NCBI GenBank assembly: GCA_964448605.1
Contig: CAYUZV010000007.1
Coordinates: 3,765-60,231, forward strand
Length of the DNA stretch: 56,467 bases
Source of the DNA: Candidatus Woesearchaeota archaeon
Lineage (GTDB): Archaea > Nanobdellota > Nanobdellia > Pacearchaeales > GW2011-AR1
Direction: 5' to 3'
Translations under genes and position numbers: made by a program
Shown here: positions 30,587 through 40,186 of the stretch, piece by piece
How the letters are laid out: each line of letters begins with the position of its first letter
Position numbering within the stretch: position 1 is the stretch's first letter
Notes under the pieces: model-generated
Seen by the model: the letters and a program-made list of their open reading frames with translations, nothing else
What the model was told of the DNA's origin: nothing
Databases searched by the model: none

Positions 30587-30818
30587 GAATTTTGAGGTTG
30601 TGAGGGAGATGAGAGTTGGATTTTTGTTGGAGTGATTGATGGGATTTATAGGGAGAGAGTTGAAGCTTGTCGGGAAAAGGGTTCTTATGATGTTTTAGTT
30701 CTTGATTGTGTGGAAAGGGCTGTTGAAAGAATTCAGGAATGCAGAAGAGGTTGAAGAATTTTTGATTTTTGTGAATTAGATGAGAAAAGTTTAAATAAAT
30801 TTATTCTATTTTATTGAT

Positions 30819-30926
30819 ATGGGAAGAGACGAATTATTCTGGAATAATCTTGCATTTTGGATAATTGTTATTGTTTTTTTAGTTGTTATGGGATATTTGC
30901 TTGTGACTGGGAGAGCATTTAAATGA
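30819..30926 (+). CDS. 35-aa single-TM microprotein
   Basis: MGRDELFWNNLAFWIIVIVFLVVMGYLLVTGRAFK*. TATA-like TTTAAATA upstream and ATGA overlap with the next gene. Confidence 0.55.
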   Translation: MGRDELFWNNLAFWIIVIVFLVVMGYLLVTGRAFK

Positions 30927-31189
30927 GATTTGGGTTGAAGGATTTTTTATTTTGGATTTTTATGATTATAGCAATGGGTTTGTTGTTGTGGAATGTTTTT
31001 GGACATAGTCCTGCTGAATTTTTTACTATTATTGGGATTATATTTGCTTTGGTTCTTAAGGTTTGGGTTTTAAGTGATAATCAAATAAAGTCCGACATGA
31101 ATGTTAAAAGCAGTTTTCAAAAGATAAAAGATGATGTTGATTTAATTAAGGAGGATATGGGTTTGATAAAGAAGAAACTAAAAGTTTAA
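30923..31189 (+). CDS. Small 2-TM protein with C-terminal coiled coil
   Basis: Two hydrophobic segments followed by a heptad-like tail. Confidence 0.7.
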   Translation: MRFGLKDFLFWIFMIIAMGLLLWNVFGHSPAEFFTIIGIIFALVLKVWVLSDNQIKSDMNVKSSFQKIKDDVDLIKEDMGLIKKKLKV

Positions 31190-31228
31190 ATAATCTTTTT
31201 TATTGAGTTTGTTATAAAAGGTGTTAAG

Positions 31229-31741
31229 ATGGAAGCTCCAATATTCATTAGTCCGTTATTTTTGGAATATATATTGCCGTTTATTTTGGTTTTTACTTTA
31301 ATATTTGCGATTTTGCAAAAGACTCAGTTGTTGGGAGAGGGCAAGAAGCAGATTGATTCTTTGATAGGTTTGGTTGTTGCATTGATTTTAATTGCCTTTC
31401 CTTTTTCAAGGGATTTGGTTGTTCAGTTGATGCCTTTTTTAGCAGTGTCTGCTGTTATACTTTTGGTTTTTATGTTATTGTATGGTTTTATTATGGGAGG
31501 AAAAGGAGATATTTTTGGTGAAAAGGTTTGGATTAAGTGGGTTTTAGTTGCTATTTCTGCTTTGGCTTTGGTGACTGTTATTTTAATGATAACAGGTTGG
31601 TGGGATGTTGTTTATTCGTTCTTTTTTGAGAGAGAGGCAAGTTCACAAATTTGGATTAATGTTTTACTTCTTGCTGTTTTAATTGGAGCTGTTATTGCTG
31701 TATTAGCTGATAAGGGTGAGAATAGTGGAAGTGGAGAGTGA
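31229..31741 (+). CDS. Multi-TM membrane protein (paralog 1)
   Basis: ILPFILVFTLIFAILQKTQLLG motif, shared with 32355 and 33087. Confidence 0.8.
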   Translation: MEAPIFISPLFLEYILPFILVFTLIFAILQKTQLLGEGKKQIDSLIGLVVALILIAFPFSRDLVVQLMPFLAVSAVILLVFMLLYGFIMGGKGDIFGEKVWIKWVLVAISALALVTVILMITGWWDVVYSFFFEREASSQIWINVLLLAVLIGAVIAVLADKGENSGSGE

Positions 31742-31823
31742 AGGTTATTTTGATGAATTGTTTTTTTGAAAGAGTAAAGATTTAAATAATAGGTTTAATT
31801 GATAGTTTTGTAAAAGGTGTAAA

Positions 31824-31913
31824 ATGAAGAAATCAATTGCTGAAGAAGTATTAAAATGGATTGGAATTGCTATAATTTTGTTACTAATATTAAGGGCTTT
31901 TGGAGTGGTTTAA
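31824..31913 (+). CDS. 29-aa single-TM microprotein
   Basis: MKKSIAEEVLKWIGIAIILLLILRAFGVV*, preceded by AAGGTG. Next ATG follows 1 nt after the stop. Confidence 0.5.
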   Translation: MKKSIAEEVLKWIGIAIILLLILRAFGVV

Positions 31914-31914
31914 A

Positions 31915-32082
31915 ATGGTTGAGTTGAAGATACTTGCACCAATAGCTAACTTCGGAGTTATATTAGTAATTTGGGCAAGAACATTGGATACTGCATGTTT
32001 TAGTCCATCAGACATAAATTTATCAATGGCAGCATTGATATTTTCAATGATGGTAGAGATAATCTACTTAAAAAGGAGATAA
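31915..32082 (+). CDS. Small membrane protein
   Basis: 55 aa from ATG 31915, two hydrophobic stretches. Confidence 0.5.
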   Translation: MVELKILAPIANFGVILVIWARTLDTACFSPSDINLSMAALIFSMMVEIIYLKRR

Positions 32083-32083
32083 A

Positions 32084-32353
32084 ATGAAAGATTGGTTGAA
32101 AAATAGTTTGATTTGGGGAATTATTTTGTATGTTGTATATTGGATTTTAATAGGTATTTCTTTTATGTTGTGCATGGGTGATTTATCGGGAGGTTTTTGT
32201 GGATTATCAGAAGCATTATTGAGGATAATTAATATAAAACATTATTTAATAGCAAATTCAATTTTTTATTTTATAATTGGAGCAATAATAGGTTTTGTGA
32301 TTAGCAAATTTAAAAAACCTAAAGAAATAAAAAGAGGTAAATCTATAAAATAA
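32084..32353 (+). CDS. Small 2-TM protein
   Basis: Tight spacing with neighbours; TM-C..C-TM layout. Confidence 0.65.
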   Translation: MKDWLKNSLIWGIILYVVYWILIGISFMLCMGDLSGGFCGLSEALLRIINIKHYLIANSIFYFIIGAIIGFVISKFKKPKEIKRGKSIK

Positions 32354-32354
32354 A

Positions 32355-32849
32355 ATGGTAACAATAACAGATATTTTGAACCAGTGGGCTGAAATAGGTA
32401 TTTTTGCATATGTGCTTCCGTTTTTGATGATATTTGCAGTTGTTTTTGGGATATTGACTAAGACTGAAATTTTAGGAAAGAACAAGGGAGTTAATGCTAC
32501 AATTTCACTTGCAATTGGTTTGTTGGCTCTGCAGTTTGATTATGTTTCTAATTTTTTTGCAAGTATTTTTCCAATGGCAGGTATTGGATTGGCTGTGTTG
32601 CTTATAGCATTAATTTTAATGGGAATGTTTGCTCAGGGATTGCCTGACAATGCATTTAATGGTATTTTTATGGGGCTTGGAGCTTTGATATTTATTTCAA
32701 TTCTTTTAACTGCTTTGGCGGATTTTAGGTGGTGGGGGGGTTGGGGTTATTCATGGGGGCAGGCATGGCCTGCGATTTTAGCAGGAGTTGTTGTTATTGG
32801 TTTGATTGCATGGGTGGTGGTTACTGGTGGAGAGGGTAAAGGAGAATAG
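32355..32849 (+). CDS. Multi-TM membrane protein (paralog 2)
   Basis: VLPFLMIFAVVFGILTKTEILG motif. Confidence 0.8.
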   Translation: MVTITDILNQWAEIGIFAYVLPFLMIFAVVFGILTKTEILGKNKGVNATISLAIGLLALQFDYVSNFFASIFPMAGIGLAVLLIALILMGMFAQGLPDNAFNGIFMGLGALIFISILLTALADFRWWGGWGYSWGQAWPAILAGVVVIGLIAWVVVTGGEGKGE

Positions 32850-32873
32850 TGTTTAGTTTGATAGGAATTTTTT

Positions 32874-33007
32874 ATTCAGAGTAAAATAAAACTGCACACT
32901 TTAGTGTGCAGGTTCAAAACCGAAGGTTTTGGTGATTTTCTTATTTTTTGAAGATTTAGTTAAAGTCAAATTCCTCCTAAAATAAAATTACAAAGTTTAT
33001 TTATAAA
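32874..33007. repeat. Dispersed palindromic repeat family A, copy 2
   Basis: ATTCAGAGTAAAATAAAA CTGCACACTTTAGTGTGCAG GTTC AAAACC-GAA-GGTTTT GGTGAT...AAGATTTAGT..AAAGT. Confidence 0.88.
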
Positions 33008-33086
33008 GGGGTGAAGTAATTTCAGGATACTATTGAGAGATATTGATTAGAGAGAAAGATTTATAAAGAGATGTTGTAATTTTATA

Positions 33087-33608
33087 GTGGTTAAAATGGT
33101 AATGGTTGAACTTGCAGGATTGGATTTTTTAATGCCTGTAATTGTATTTGCATTTGTGCTTTTGATTAGTTATGCTTTTTTGAAAAAAACTAATGTTTTT
33201 GGAGATACTCCTTTTTATTGGGCGATTAGTTTTATTTTAGCAGGAGTTTTTGTTAGTTTTGATTCTTTAATTCTTTATTTAATTAGTGTAATGCCTTGGT
33301 TTGTTGTTTTGATTTTGAGTATGTTTATGTTATTGGTTCTTGCAGGAGTAAGTTCTAAGAATATTGATTGGATAATGGGTTCTAAATTAGGTTTTGTTTT
33401 TATTGGTTTACTTGTTTTTGTTTTATTGATTGCTGGAATAAGAGTTTTTAATCCTGCATTGCATTCTGAACTGATTTTGACAGGTGGTGAAGATGGTGTT
33501 GGAATAGTTTCTCAAATAGGAGATTTTATTGCAGATTCAAGATGGACTGGAAGTATTTTGTTAGTGATTTTTGGATTAGGTGCTGGTTTTTTTGTTGGTT
33601 GGAAGTGA
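33087..33608 (+). CDS. Multi-TM membrane protein (paralog 3)
   Basis: LMPVIVFAFVLLISYAFLKKTNVFG, a diverged version of the shared motif. Confidence 0.75.
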   Translation: MVKMVMVELAGLDFLMPVIVFAFVLLISYAFLKKTNVFGDTPFYWAISFILAGVFVSFDSLILYLISVMPWFVVLILSMFMLLVLAGVSSKNIDWIMGSKLGFVFIGLLVFVLLIAGIRVFNPALHSELILTGGEDGVGIVSQIGDFIADSRWTGSILLVIFGLGAGFFVGWK

Positions 33609-33638
33609 TTGTTTTTTAGAGATTTAGAAAAATAGTGA

Positions 33639-34637
33639 TTATCTTAAATAACTTTCAAAACCCTCTTTGGATTTTTTTGGTTTGCCTTTGTGATGATGAG
33701 ATGATTCTTTTGAATGAGAAGATGTTTTTGATTCATGCTCTTTTTTTGAATGAGATTCTTTTTTTTCAGAGTTATGTTCTCTTTTATGGTTGATTATTGG
33801 GTCTGCTAATTTTGAAAATGATTTTTGAGTTGCTTTAAGTTCATCTGAAATGTTTTTTATATTTTCTCCATATTCTCCGACTTTTCTTAAAATCGCAATT
33901 TGCATTTCGTGAAGTGTGTTTTCTATTTTTTCTAATCTTTTGTTTATTCTGTCTATTTCAGAAGATGCTTCTTGTTTGAATCTTGAAACTGATGAAATTT
34001 CTTTTTTTATTTTTGAGATTTTTTCTTCTGTGATTTGGTCTGCAATTTCGTTTATAGTGTCTATTGATTGGTGTTCTGGATAATCGTATCCATAATCTTG
34101 TTGAGGGTATTCTTCATATTCAGGATATTGTTGTTCTGAATAAGTTTGTTCTGGAGGATAGTATTCTGGTGGTGATTCAGGAGAGGGTGGTGGAAGTTCT
34201 TGTGCTTGTGAATATTCCTGAGTCATTGGTTGTTGCACTGGTTGTTGGGGATATTGTTGTTGAGGTGTTGATTGGGGATATTGTTGTTGAGGTGTTGATT
34301 GGGGGAAAGGTTGTTCTTGTTGTGAAGGGATTTGTTGAGGATTATGATTTCTTTGAGGTGGTGAAATGTTTTGAGTTGCAGTTGACATTATGCTTGGTTG
34401 CATTTGAGTATTTTCTGAGATTGATTGAGTTGCTCCTGTATTAGTGTTTTGAGGATTGATTTGGTTTTCAGGTTGTATTTGAGCTTCTTGAGAAGTAACT
34501 TCGTTTTTTATATTTGATTGAGAAAGTGCTTCATTTATTTCTTTTGGTGAAACTCCTTGTTCTCTTAATGAAGTAATAATTTGATATTCAGGAATTCCTT
34601 TTTGTTTCATTTGAGTTACTTGTTCTAATACTGCCAT
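33639..34637 (-). CDS. Gln/Pro-rich protein with N-terminal helical domain and C-terminal coiled coil
   Basis: MKQKGIPEYQIITSLREQGVSPKEINEAL, a low-complexity linker, coiled coil and His/Lys/Ser tail. Confidence 0.8.
   Translation of the reverse strand: MAVLEQVTQMKQKGIPEYQIITSLREQGVSPKEINEALSQSNIKNEVTSQEAQIQPENQINPQNTNTGATQSISENTQMQPSIMSTATQNISPPQRNHNPQQIPSQQEQPFPQSTPQQQYPQSTPQQQYPQQPVQQPMTQEYSQAQELPPPSPESPPEYYPPEQTYSEQQYPEYEEYPQQDYGYDYPEHQSIDTINEIADQITEEKISKIKKEISSVSRFKQEASSEIDRINKRLEKIENTLHEMQIAILRKVGEYGENIKNISDELKATQKSFSKLADPIINHKREHNSEKKESHSKKEHESKTSSHSKESSHHHKGKPKKSKEGFESYLR
34245..34304. repeat. 27-bp coding tandem repeat (PQSTPQQQY x2)
   Basis: TTGGGGATATTGTTGTTGAGGTGTTGA twice, plus a partial third copy. 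Confidence 0.85.
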
Positions 34638-34996
34638 TATTTTTTCATCTCCTTTTTAATTAATTCTTTTACATCTTTTATTCTTGCAAATTCCAGAGGT
34701 TCGAACATTTTGAATTGGTTTTTTAGTATCTCAACTTCTGATTTTTTTGCAAGATTTTGAAGTGTGAAAATAATTTTTTGATTTTGTTGTTTTATTTGTT
34801 TAAGTTCTTGTTCAATTTCTTTTTGATTGTTTTTTATTTCTATGAATTCTTTTTCATAATCTTCTTTAGTTGATATAAGATTTTCACCTATTAAAAGTAT
34901 TCTGTCTCTTAATAATCTTTGTTTTTCCTGAATTTCATTTAGCAGGGGGCTTGGAGCATTGTATTGCTGAATTTGAGGAGTTGTTTGATTTTGCAT
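34637..34996 (-). CDS. Coiled-coil hypothetical protein
   Basis: 119 aa, stop/start overlap with the Gln/Pro-rich gene. Confidence 0.75.
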   Translation of the reverse strand: MQNQTTPQIQQYNAPSPLLNEIQEKQRLLRDRILLIGENLISTKEDYEKEFIEIKNNQKEIEQELKQIKQQNQKIIFTLQNLAKKSEVEILKNQFKMFEPLEFARIKDVKELIKKEMKK

Positions 34997-35098
34997 TTTC
35001 TCTTTTTCATTTAAATTAGGAATTGGGGGTTTAAAATTGTTTTTGTTTTGTGTTTGGAGGGATGTTTTTTTGTTAATACAGAAAACTTTAAATACTAT

Positions 35099-35116
35099 TG
35101 GTTCATAAATGAACCA
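35099..35116. promoter_or_regulatory. Palindromic operator candidate for the HTH-MNT/HEPN operon
   Basis: Perfect TGGTTCAT-AA-ATGAACCA, just downstream of TTTAAATA and over the start region. Confidence 0.65.
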
Positions 35117-35666
35117 TATGGAACAAAAAATGAATGATAATTTGGATTTGGAAATAATTCTTATTTTATTGAAAAAAGAAACTCATTTAAGAGAGATTGC
35201 TAGATTATTAGGCAAACCTCATTCGAGTATCTTGAGGAAAATTAATAAGCTTATTTGTGAGAATGTTCTTGATTTTAGGATTGAAGGAAAGAATAAAATT
35301 TTTTTGATTAAGAAAAATTTAATATCTATGAATTATATTTTTAATGCTGAAAGATATAAGCTAAATAAGTTATTAAGAAAGTATCCTAAATTGGAAAGAA
35401 TATTTGAAAGGATTCTTGAAAAATCTAGGAATAATCTGATTGTTGTTTTTGGCAGTTATGCAAAATTTTCAGCAAAGGAAAATAGTGATATTGATATTTA
35501 TATTGAAACAGAGGATAGAAAAATTAAAAAAGAACTGGAATTAATTCACACTAGATTAAGCATAAAAATAGGTAAGTTTGATTTGTCTTCAATGCTTATT
35601 AAGGAAATAATAAAGAATCATGTTATATTAAAAGGAGTTGAAGAGTTTTATGATAAAATTTTTTGA
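35109..35666 (+). CDS. wHTH + minimal nucleotidyltransferase (MNT antitoxin-like)
   Basis: HLREIARLLG HTH and FGSYAKFSAKENSDIDI (GSx10DxD). Start may be 35118. Confidence 0.88.
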   Translation: MNHMEQKMNDNLDLEIILILLKKETHLREIARLLGKPHSSILRKINKLICENVLDFRIEGKNKIFLIKKNLISMNYIFNAERYKLNKLLRKYPKLERIFERILEKSRNNLIVVFGSYAKFSAKENSDIDIYIETEDRKIKKELELIHTRLSIKIGKFDLSSMLIKEIIKNHVILKGVEEFYDKIF

Positions 35667-36117
35667 AAAATTAAAAAAACAAGGGAAACTAAAATTGATT
35701 GAAACTAGCGAGGAGATTAAGAAATCTTATATTGAAAAATCTGAAAGTAATCTTTTATCTGCAAAAATTCTTTTGGAAAATGATAAGTTAGAAGAGTCGA
35801 TTGCTCTTACTTATTACAGTATGTATAATATGGTTCTTGCTTTGTTATTTAAAGTTGGAATAAAATGTGAAAATCATACGGGTTCTATTTTATTGTTAAG
35901 AGAATTATTTGATTTAGATAATTTGGATATTAAATTAGCGAAAAAGGAAAGAATTGATAAACAATATTATACTGATTTTAATATTGTTAGGAAAGATGTT
36001 TTAGATGCAGTTTCTAATGCTGAGGATTTTAATATTGTTATTTTGAATTTTATATCAAAATTAAATAATGAGGAAATTGAATCTTATAGGGAAAAGTTTA
36101 AAGATTTAATAACATAG
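35650..36117 (+). CDS. HEPN domain protein
   Basis: AKILLE...YYSMY...GIKCENH...R..KQY. Overlaps the MNT gene. Confidence 0.85.
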   Translation: MIKFFEKLKKQGKLKLIETSEEIKKSYIEKSESNLLSAKILLENDKLEESIALTYYSMYNMVLALLFKVGIKCENHTGSILLLRELFDLDNLDIKLAKKERIDKQYYTDFNIVRKDVLDAVSNAEDFNIVILNFISKLNNEEIESYREKFKDLIT

Positions 36118-36133
36118 TTAATAAAAAGAGAAA

Positions 36134-38404
36134 ATGTTATTTAAACCTGGAACGCCGTTGTATTCATATGAAATTGTTAGAGAGTCTGATAGTTCGGTTT
36201 TGTATGTGAATTTTTTGGGTGCGAATTTTATTCCGAGTTTGGCTGATAATCCTGATGTTATGGTTCGGGCAATTGAATTGCTTTCAGAATCTCCGAATAT
36301 TTCGAGGATGGTTTTTGTTCAGCAGAGAAATTATAGTTATGGAAGTGATGAAGTTTTTATGTTGCAAGAGATTGCTGATTTGTATAGTTATTTGGTTAAG
36401 CAGGAGAAAATTCTTTCACCTATGAAACTTTCTATTATGAATTCAGGTTATGTTGGTCAGAGGCATGGAGATGTTGCTTTTTTGCTTTCTATGTTGAGAA
36501 GGGATCCGATTGCTTGTTTTTTTGAATTGAATAATTTTATTAAGAAAGAGAGGATGAATTTAGGAAATACTCCTGAGGATTTGAAAACAGACCAGATGGG
36601 TTATGTTCGGTTGTTGGAGAAGTTTCGGAATATGCTTGGAAATCTTAGGATAATAAGAAATGCTGAAAGGCATTTTGGAAGTTATGTTTTTGGAAGTCGT
36701 GAGATTTATCATTCTTTGTTTAGAGTTGATATTATTCCGAATTTTACTTTTACGAGGTTGGTTAGCAGTTTGCCTGATGATGCAGAGATTGTTAAGCAGT
36801 ATTCTCTTGATGAGGAAAGTGTTGTGACTATTTTGAAAAAGAAAGGAGATGTTAAGCATTTTTATCATTTGATGCCTCCAGAGTATTCGCTTGATGAGAG
36901 TCGGCAGGTTTTGTTGAATCTTGCGAGGAATGTTTTGATTGAGCATCAACCAAAAGCAGAGGAGTTTACTGATCCTGAAAAGACAAGGCAGGTTTTTTTT
37001 AATGTTTCAAGGGATTTGTTGAGAGAGTTGTCGAGTAATAAAGGTATTAAATTGGATTATGAAGAGTTGAATAGTTTGGCGAGGATTTTGATTAGACATA
37101 CAATTGGTTTTGGTTTGATTGAGATTTTGTTGTTAGATAAGGGTTTGCAGGATATTGTTTTGAATGCACCGATTCCATTGAATCCTGTTTTTTTAAAGCA
37201 TTCTGAGTTTGATGAGTGTGTTACAAACATTATTCCGAGTAAAGAGGATGCTGATTCATGGGCTGCTAAGTTTAGGATGATGTCAGGCAGGGCTTTGGAT
37301 GAGGCGAATCCTATTTTAGATACTGATTTGAATTTAGGAAAGATTAAGGCAAGAATTGCAGCTGTTCAACAACCTCTTTCTCCTCGTGGTTTGGCTTATG
37401 CAATACGAAGGCACAGAGAAGAGCCATGGACACTTCCGTTGTTTGTTAAGAATAAAATGCTTGATGGTGTGACTGCTGGTTTGCTTAGTTTTTTAATTGA
37501 TGGTTCGCGGACAATGCTTATTGCCGGAACTCGTTCAAGTGGTAAAACCTCGATGCTTGGTTCATTGATGCTGGAGATTATGCCTAAGTATAGGACTTTG
37601 GTTATTGAAGATACTGCTGAATTGCCTGTTGAATCTTTGAGAAAATTAAAGTATGATATTTTGAGAATGAAGGTTCGGAGTGCTTTGGTTAAAGAAAGTG
37701 CAGAGATTGGTGCTTCAGAGGGAATAAGGACTTCTTTAAGATTGGGAGATAGTAGTTTGATTGTTGGAGAAGTTAGGTCTGAAGAAGCAAGGGCTTTGTA
37801 TGAGGCAATGAGAGTTGGTGCTTTGGCAAATGTTGTTGCAGGAACAATTCATGGTGCTTCACCTTATGCTGTTTTTGACAGAGTTGTTAATGATTTAGGT
37901 GTTCCTGTGACTTCTTTTAAAGCAACTGATTGTATTTTAGTTTGCAATCCTGTTAAAAGTGCTGATGGTTTGAAAAATATGAAAAGAGTTATTCAGTTAG
38001 CTGAAGTAAGAAAACACTGGACTAAAGATCCTCTTGAAGAAGGAGGTTTTGTTGATTTGTTGAAATATAATGTTAAGAAAGATAAACTTGAGGTTTCAGA
38101 TGATTTGATTAATGGTGATTCTGAAGTTATTAAATCAATTGCAGGGAATGTTAAAGGTTGGGCTGGAGATTGGGATGCTGTTTATGATAATATTCTTTTA
38201 AGAGGTCGCATTAAAGAGGAAACTGTTAGGTTTGCTGATAAATTGAAGAAACCTATTTTGTTAGAGGCGAGTTTTAATTCTTTGAGTAATAATATGTTTC
38301 ATCAATTTTCTAAGGATGTTCAGGAGGAAGTCGGAATTCCAGAAGGTGATAGAGTTTTTAGTAAGTGGAGGGATTGGGTTAGGGGAGAGGTTAAGGGGTG
38401 GTGA
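36134..38404 (+). CDS. Second type II/IV secretion system ATPase with long N-terminal domain
   Basis: GTRSSGKTS, IEDTAEL, LRLGDSSLIVGEVRS, GTIHG. Confidence 0.92.
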   Translation: MLFKPGTPLYSYEIVRESDSSVLYVNFLGANFIPSLADNPDVMVRAIELLSESPNISRMVFVQQRNYSYGSDEVFMLQEIADLYSYLVKQEKILSPMKLSIMNSGYVGQRHGDVAFLLSMLRRDPIACFFELNNFIKKERMNLGNTPEDLKTDQMGYVRLLEKFRNMLGNLRIIRNAERHFGSYVFGSREIYHSLFRVDIIPNFTFTRLVSSLPDDAEIVKQYSLDEESVVTILKKKGDVKHFYHLMPPEYSLDESRQVLLNLARNVLIEHQPKAEEFTDPEKTRQVFFNVSRDLLRELSSNKGIKLDYEELNSLARILIRHTIGFGLIEILLLDKGLQDIVLNAPIPLNPVFLKHSEFDECVTNIIPSKEDADSWAAKFRMMSGRALDEANPILDTDLNLGKIKARIAAVQQPLSPRGLAYAIRRHREEPWTLPLFVKNKMLDGVTAGLLSFLIDGSRTMLIAGTRSSGKTSMLGSLMLEIMPKYRTLVIEDTAELPVESLRKLKYDILRMKVRSALVKESAEIGASEGIRTSLRLGDSSLIVGEVRSEEARALYEAMRVGALANVVAGTIHGASPYAVFDRVVNDLGVPVTSFKATDCILVCNPVKSADGLKNMKRVIQLAEVRKHWTKDPLEEGGFVDLLKYNVKKDKLEVSDDLINGDSEVIKSIAGNVKGWAGDWDAVYDNILLRGRIKEETVRFADKLKKPILLEASFNSLSNNMFHQFSKDVQEEVGIPEGDRVFSKWRDWVRGEVKGW

Positions 38405-38615
38405 GGAAGGTTTAGAGGGGTTAAGGAGGGGTTTGGGTTGGTGTTGGAGGTTTTAAGGGATGAGAGGATTTGATGAATGGTTGGGTTTTGAGTTGAAAGT
38501 TTTGATTAGTATATGATGATGTTGGAGATTAGATATTAAGAAGAGTTGTGTATAGTTTTGATTGATGTAGTATTGATTGAAGATAAGTTTAAATAATATT
38601 TAATTTTTTGTAGAT

Positions 38616-39650
38616 ATGATAAGTGAAAAAGAAATAGAAGAAATAAGGGGGCATCTTGAGAGGGCTCAAAATCCTTTGTTTTTCTTTGACAATGATAATG
38701 ATGGATTGTGCAGTTTTTTGTTGTTGAGGAGGTTTATTGATAGGGGGAAGGGTGTTGCGATTAAATCGTTTCCTGATTTAAATGCGAGTTATTATCGGAA
38801 GGTTAATGAGTTGAAACCTGATTATATTTTCATTTTAGATAAGCCGATTGTTTCAGATGATTTTTTTGAAAAAGCAAAAGAAGATAATCTTCCTGTTGTG
38901 TGGATTGACCATCATAAGCCTGATGGAGAGGTTAATAATTATCCGAGTTATTATAATGCTTGTTTGAATGATGGGAATAATGAGCCGGTTTCTTTTTTAT
39001 GTTATAAAATTACAGGCAGGAAAGAGGATGTTTGGATTTCTTTGATTGGTTGTGTTAGTGATAGTTATGTTCCTGATTTTTATAATGATTTTTTAGAGAA
39101 ATATCCTGAAATGGGAAGGGAGAATCCTGATTCTGCTTTTGATGTTTTGTATAATACTGAAATTGGGAGAATTGCAAGAATTCTTGATTTTTCCTTGAAG
39201 GACACAACTACTAATGTTGTTAAGATGATGAAGTTTATGATTCGGGCAAAAAGTCCTGTGGATATTTTAGAGGAGAATGCAGGAACAAGACAGATTTTGA
39301 AAAGATATAATGAGATAAATTCAAGATATAAGATTTTGATTGAAAAAGCAAGGAAGTGTGTTCAGGATAAGCTTGTTTATTTTCAGTATGGAGGTAATTT
39401 GAGTTTGAGTGCGAATATTGCGAATCAGTTGTGTTATGAGAATCCAGGTAAGATTATTGTTGTTGTTTATATTAAAGGTGATGTTGCGAATATTTCATTA
39501 AGAGGTGGTGAGGATATTCGGGAATTGACTTTAAAGGCGATTGAGGGGATTGGGGGTGCGACAGGGGGTGGACATAAAAATGCAACAGGTGCTAAAATGA
39601 GTGTTAGTGATTTAGTTAAGTTTAAGGAGAAGATTGAGGAATTGGTTTGA
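38616..39650 (+). CDS. DHH family phosphoesterase (DHHA1 domain)
   Basis: DNDNDG, ILD, IDHH, SLR, GGGHKNATG. Confidence 0.92.
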   Translation: MISEKEIEEIRGHLERAQNPLFFFDNDNDGLCSFLLLRRFIDRGKGVAIKSFPDLNASYYRKVNELKPDYIFILDKPIVSDDFFEKAKEDNLPVVWIDHHKPDGEVNNYPSYYNACLNDGNNEPVSFLCYKITGRKEDVWISLIGCVSDSYVPDFYNDFLEKYPEMGRENPDSAFDVLYNTEIGRIARILDFSLKDTTTNVVKMMKFMIRAKSPVDILEENAGTRQILKRYNEINSRYKILIEKARKCVQDKLVYFQYGGNLSLSANIANQLCYENPGKIIVVVYIKGDVANISLRGGEDIRELTLKAIEGIGGATGGGHKNATGAKMSVSDLVKFKEKIEELV

Positions 39651-40186
39651 GTTTAAAATAATTGAGAGATACCATAAACGATTGTTGATGCAATTGCAAT
39701 TATTAATCCCCATTTAATTATTTCTAAAACAATATCTTGAGGGTCTCCTGGTTTCATTTTTTAATTCTCTTTTTTAATTCATTTATTTCTACCTTAATAT
39801 TTATTAGTTGTTCATGTATTTTGAGTTTTTCGTTTAATTTTTTTAATTCTTTTTCTTGTTTCGTTATTCTGTTGTCAATTTCGTAATTGTTTGATTGTGT
39901 TATTATAATTATTACTGAAGATATAGAACCTATTATTATAAAAAGCAGTATATTAAAATTAATTATATTTAGGTAAAAAAGATATCCTGAGATTAAATTT
40001 GCTATTATGCCTATTATTAAGAGTGTTTGATTGTTTTTGAGGAATTTTTATTAAGTTTATTATATTTTTAATGTGAATATTTGTGTTGTGGGGTTAAAAT
40101 ATTTTTAATGGTTCTTAATTGGTTTTTTGTAGGGGTAAAATGCAAATGTTTATAAAATTTAGAGGGTTTGTTAATTTGAAAAAGAG

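Noticed and set aside
30587-30755. Short open frame (..WIFVGVIDGIYRERVEACREKG..)
   Set aside because: No convincing start or motif; too short to support.
38400-38580. G/T-rich tract after the ATPase (possible G-quadruplex or repeat)
   Set aside because: Irregular, with no repeat unit; consistent with the general G/T skew of the + strand.
39651-40060. Minus-strand remnants of small membrane-protein genes
   Set aside because: Protein-like stretches are visible, but frames are broken and boundaries could not be fixed with confidence.
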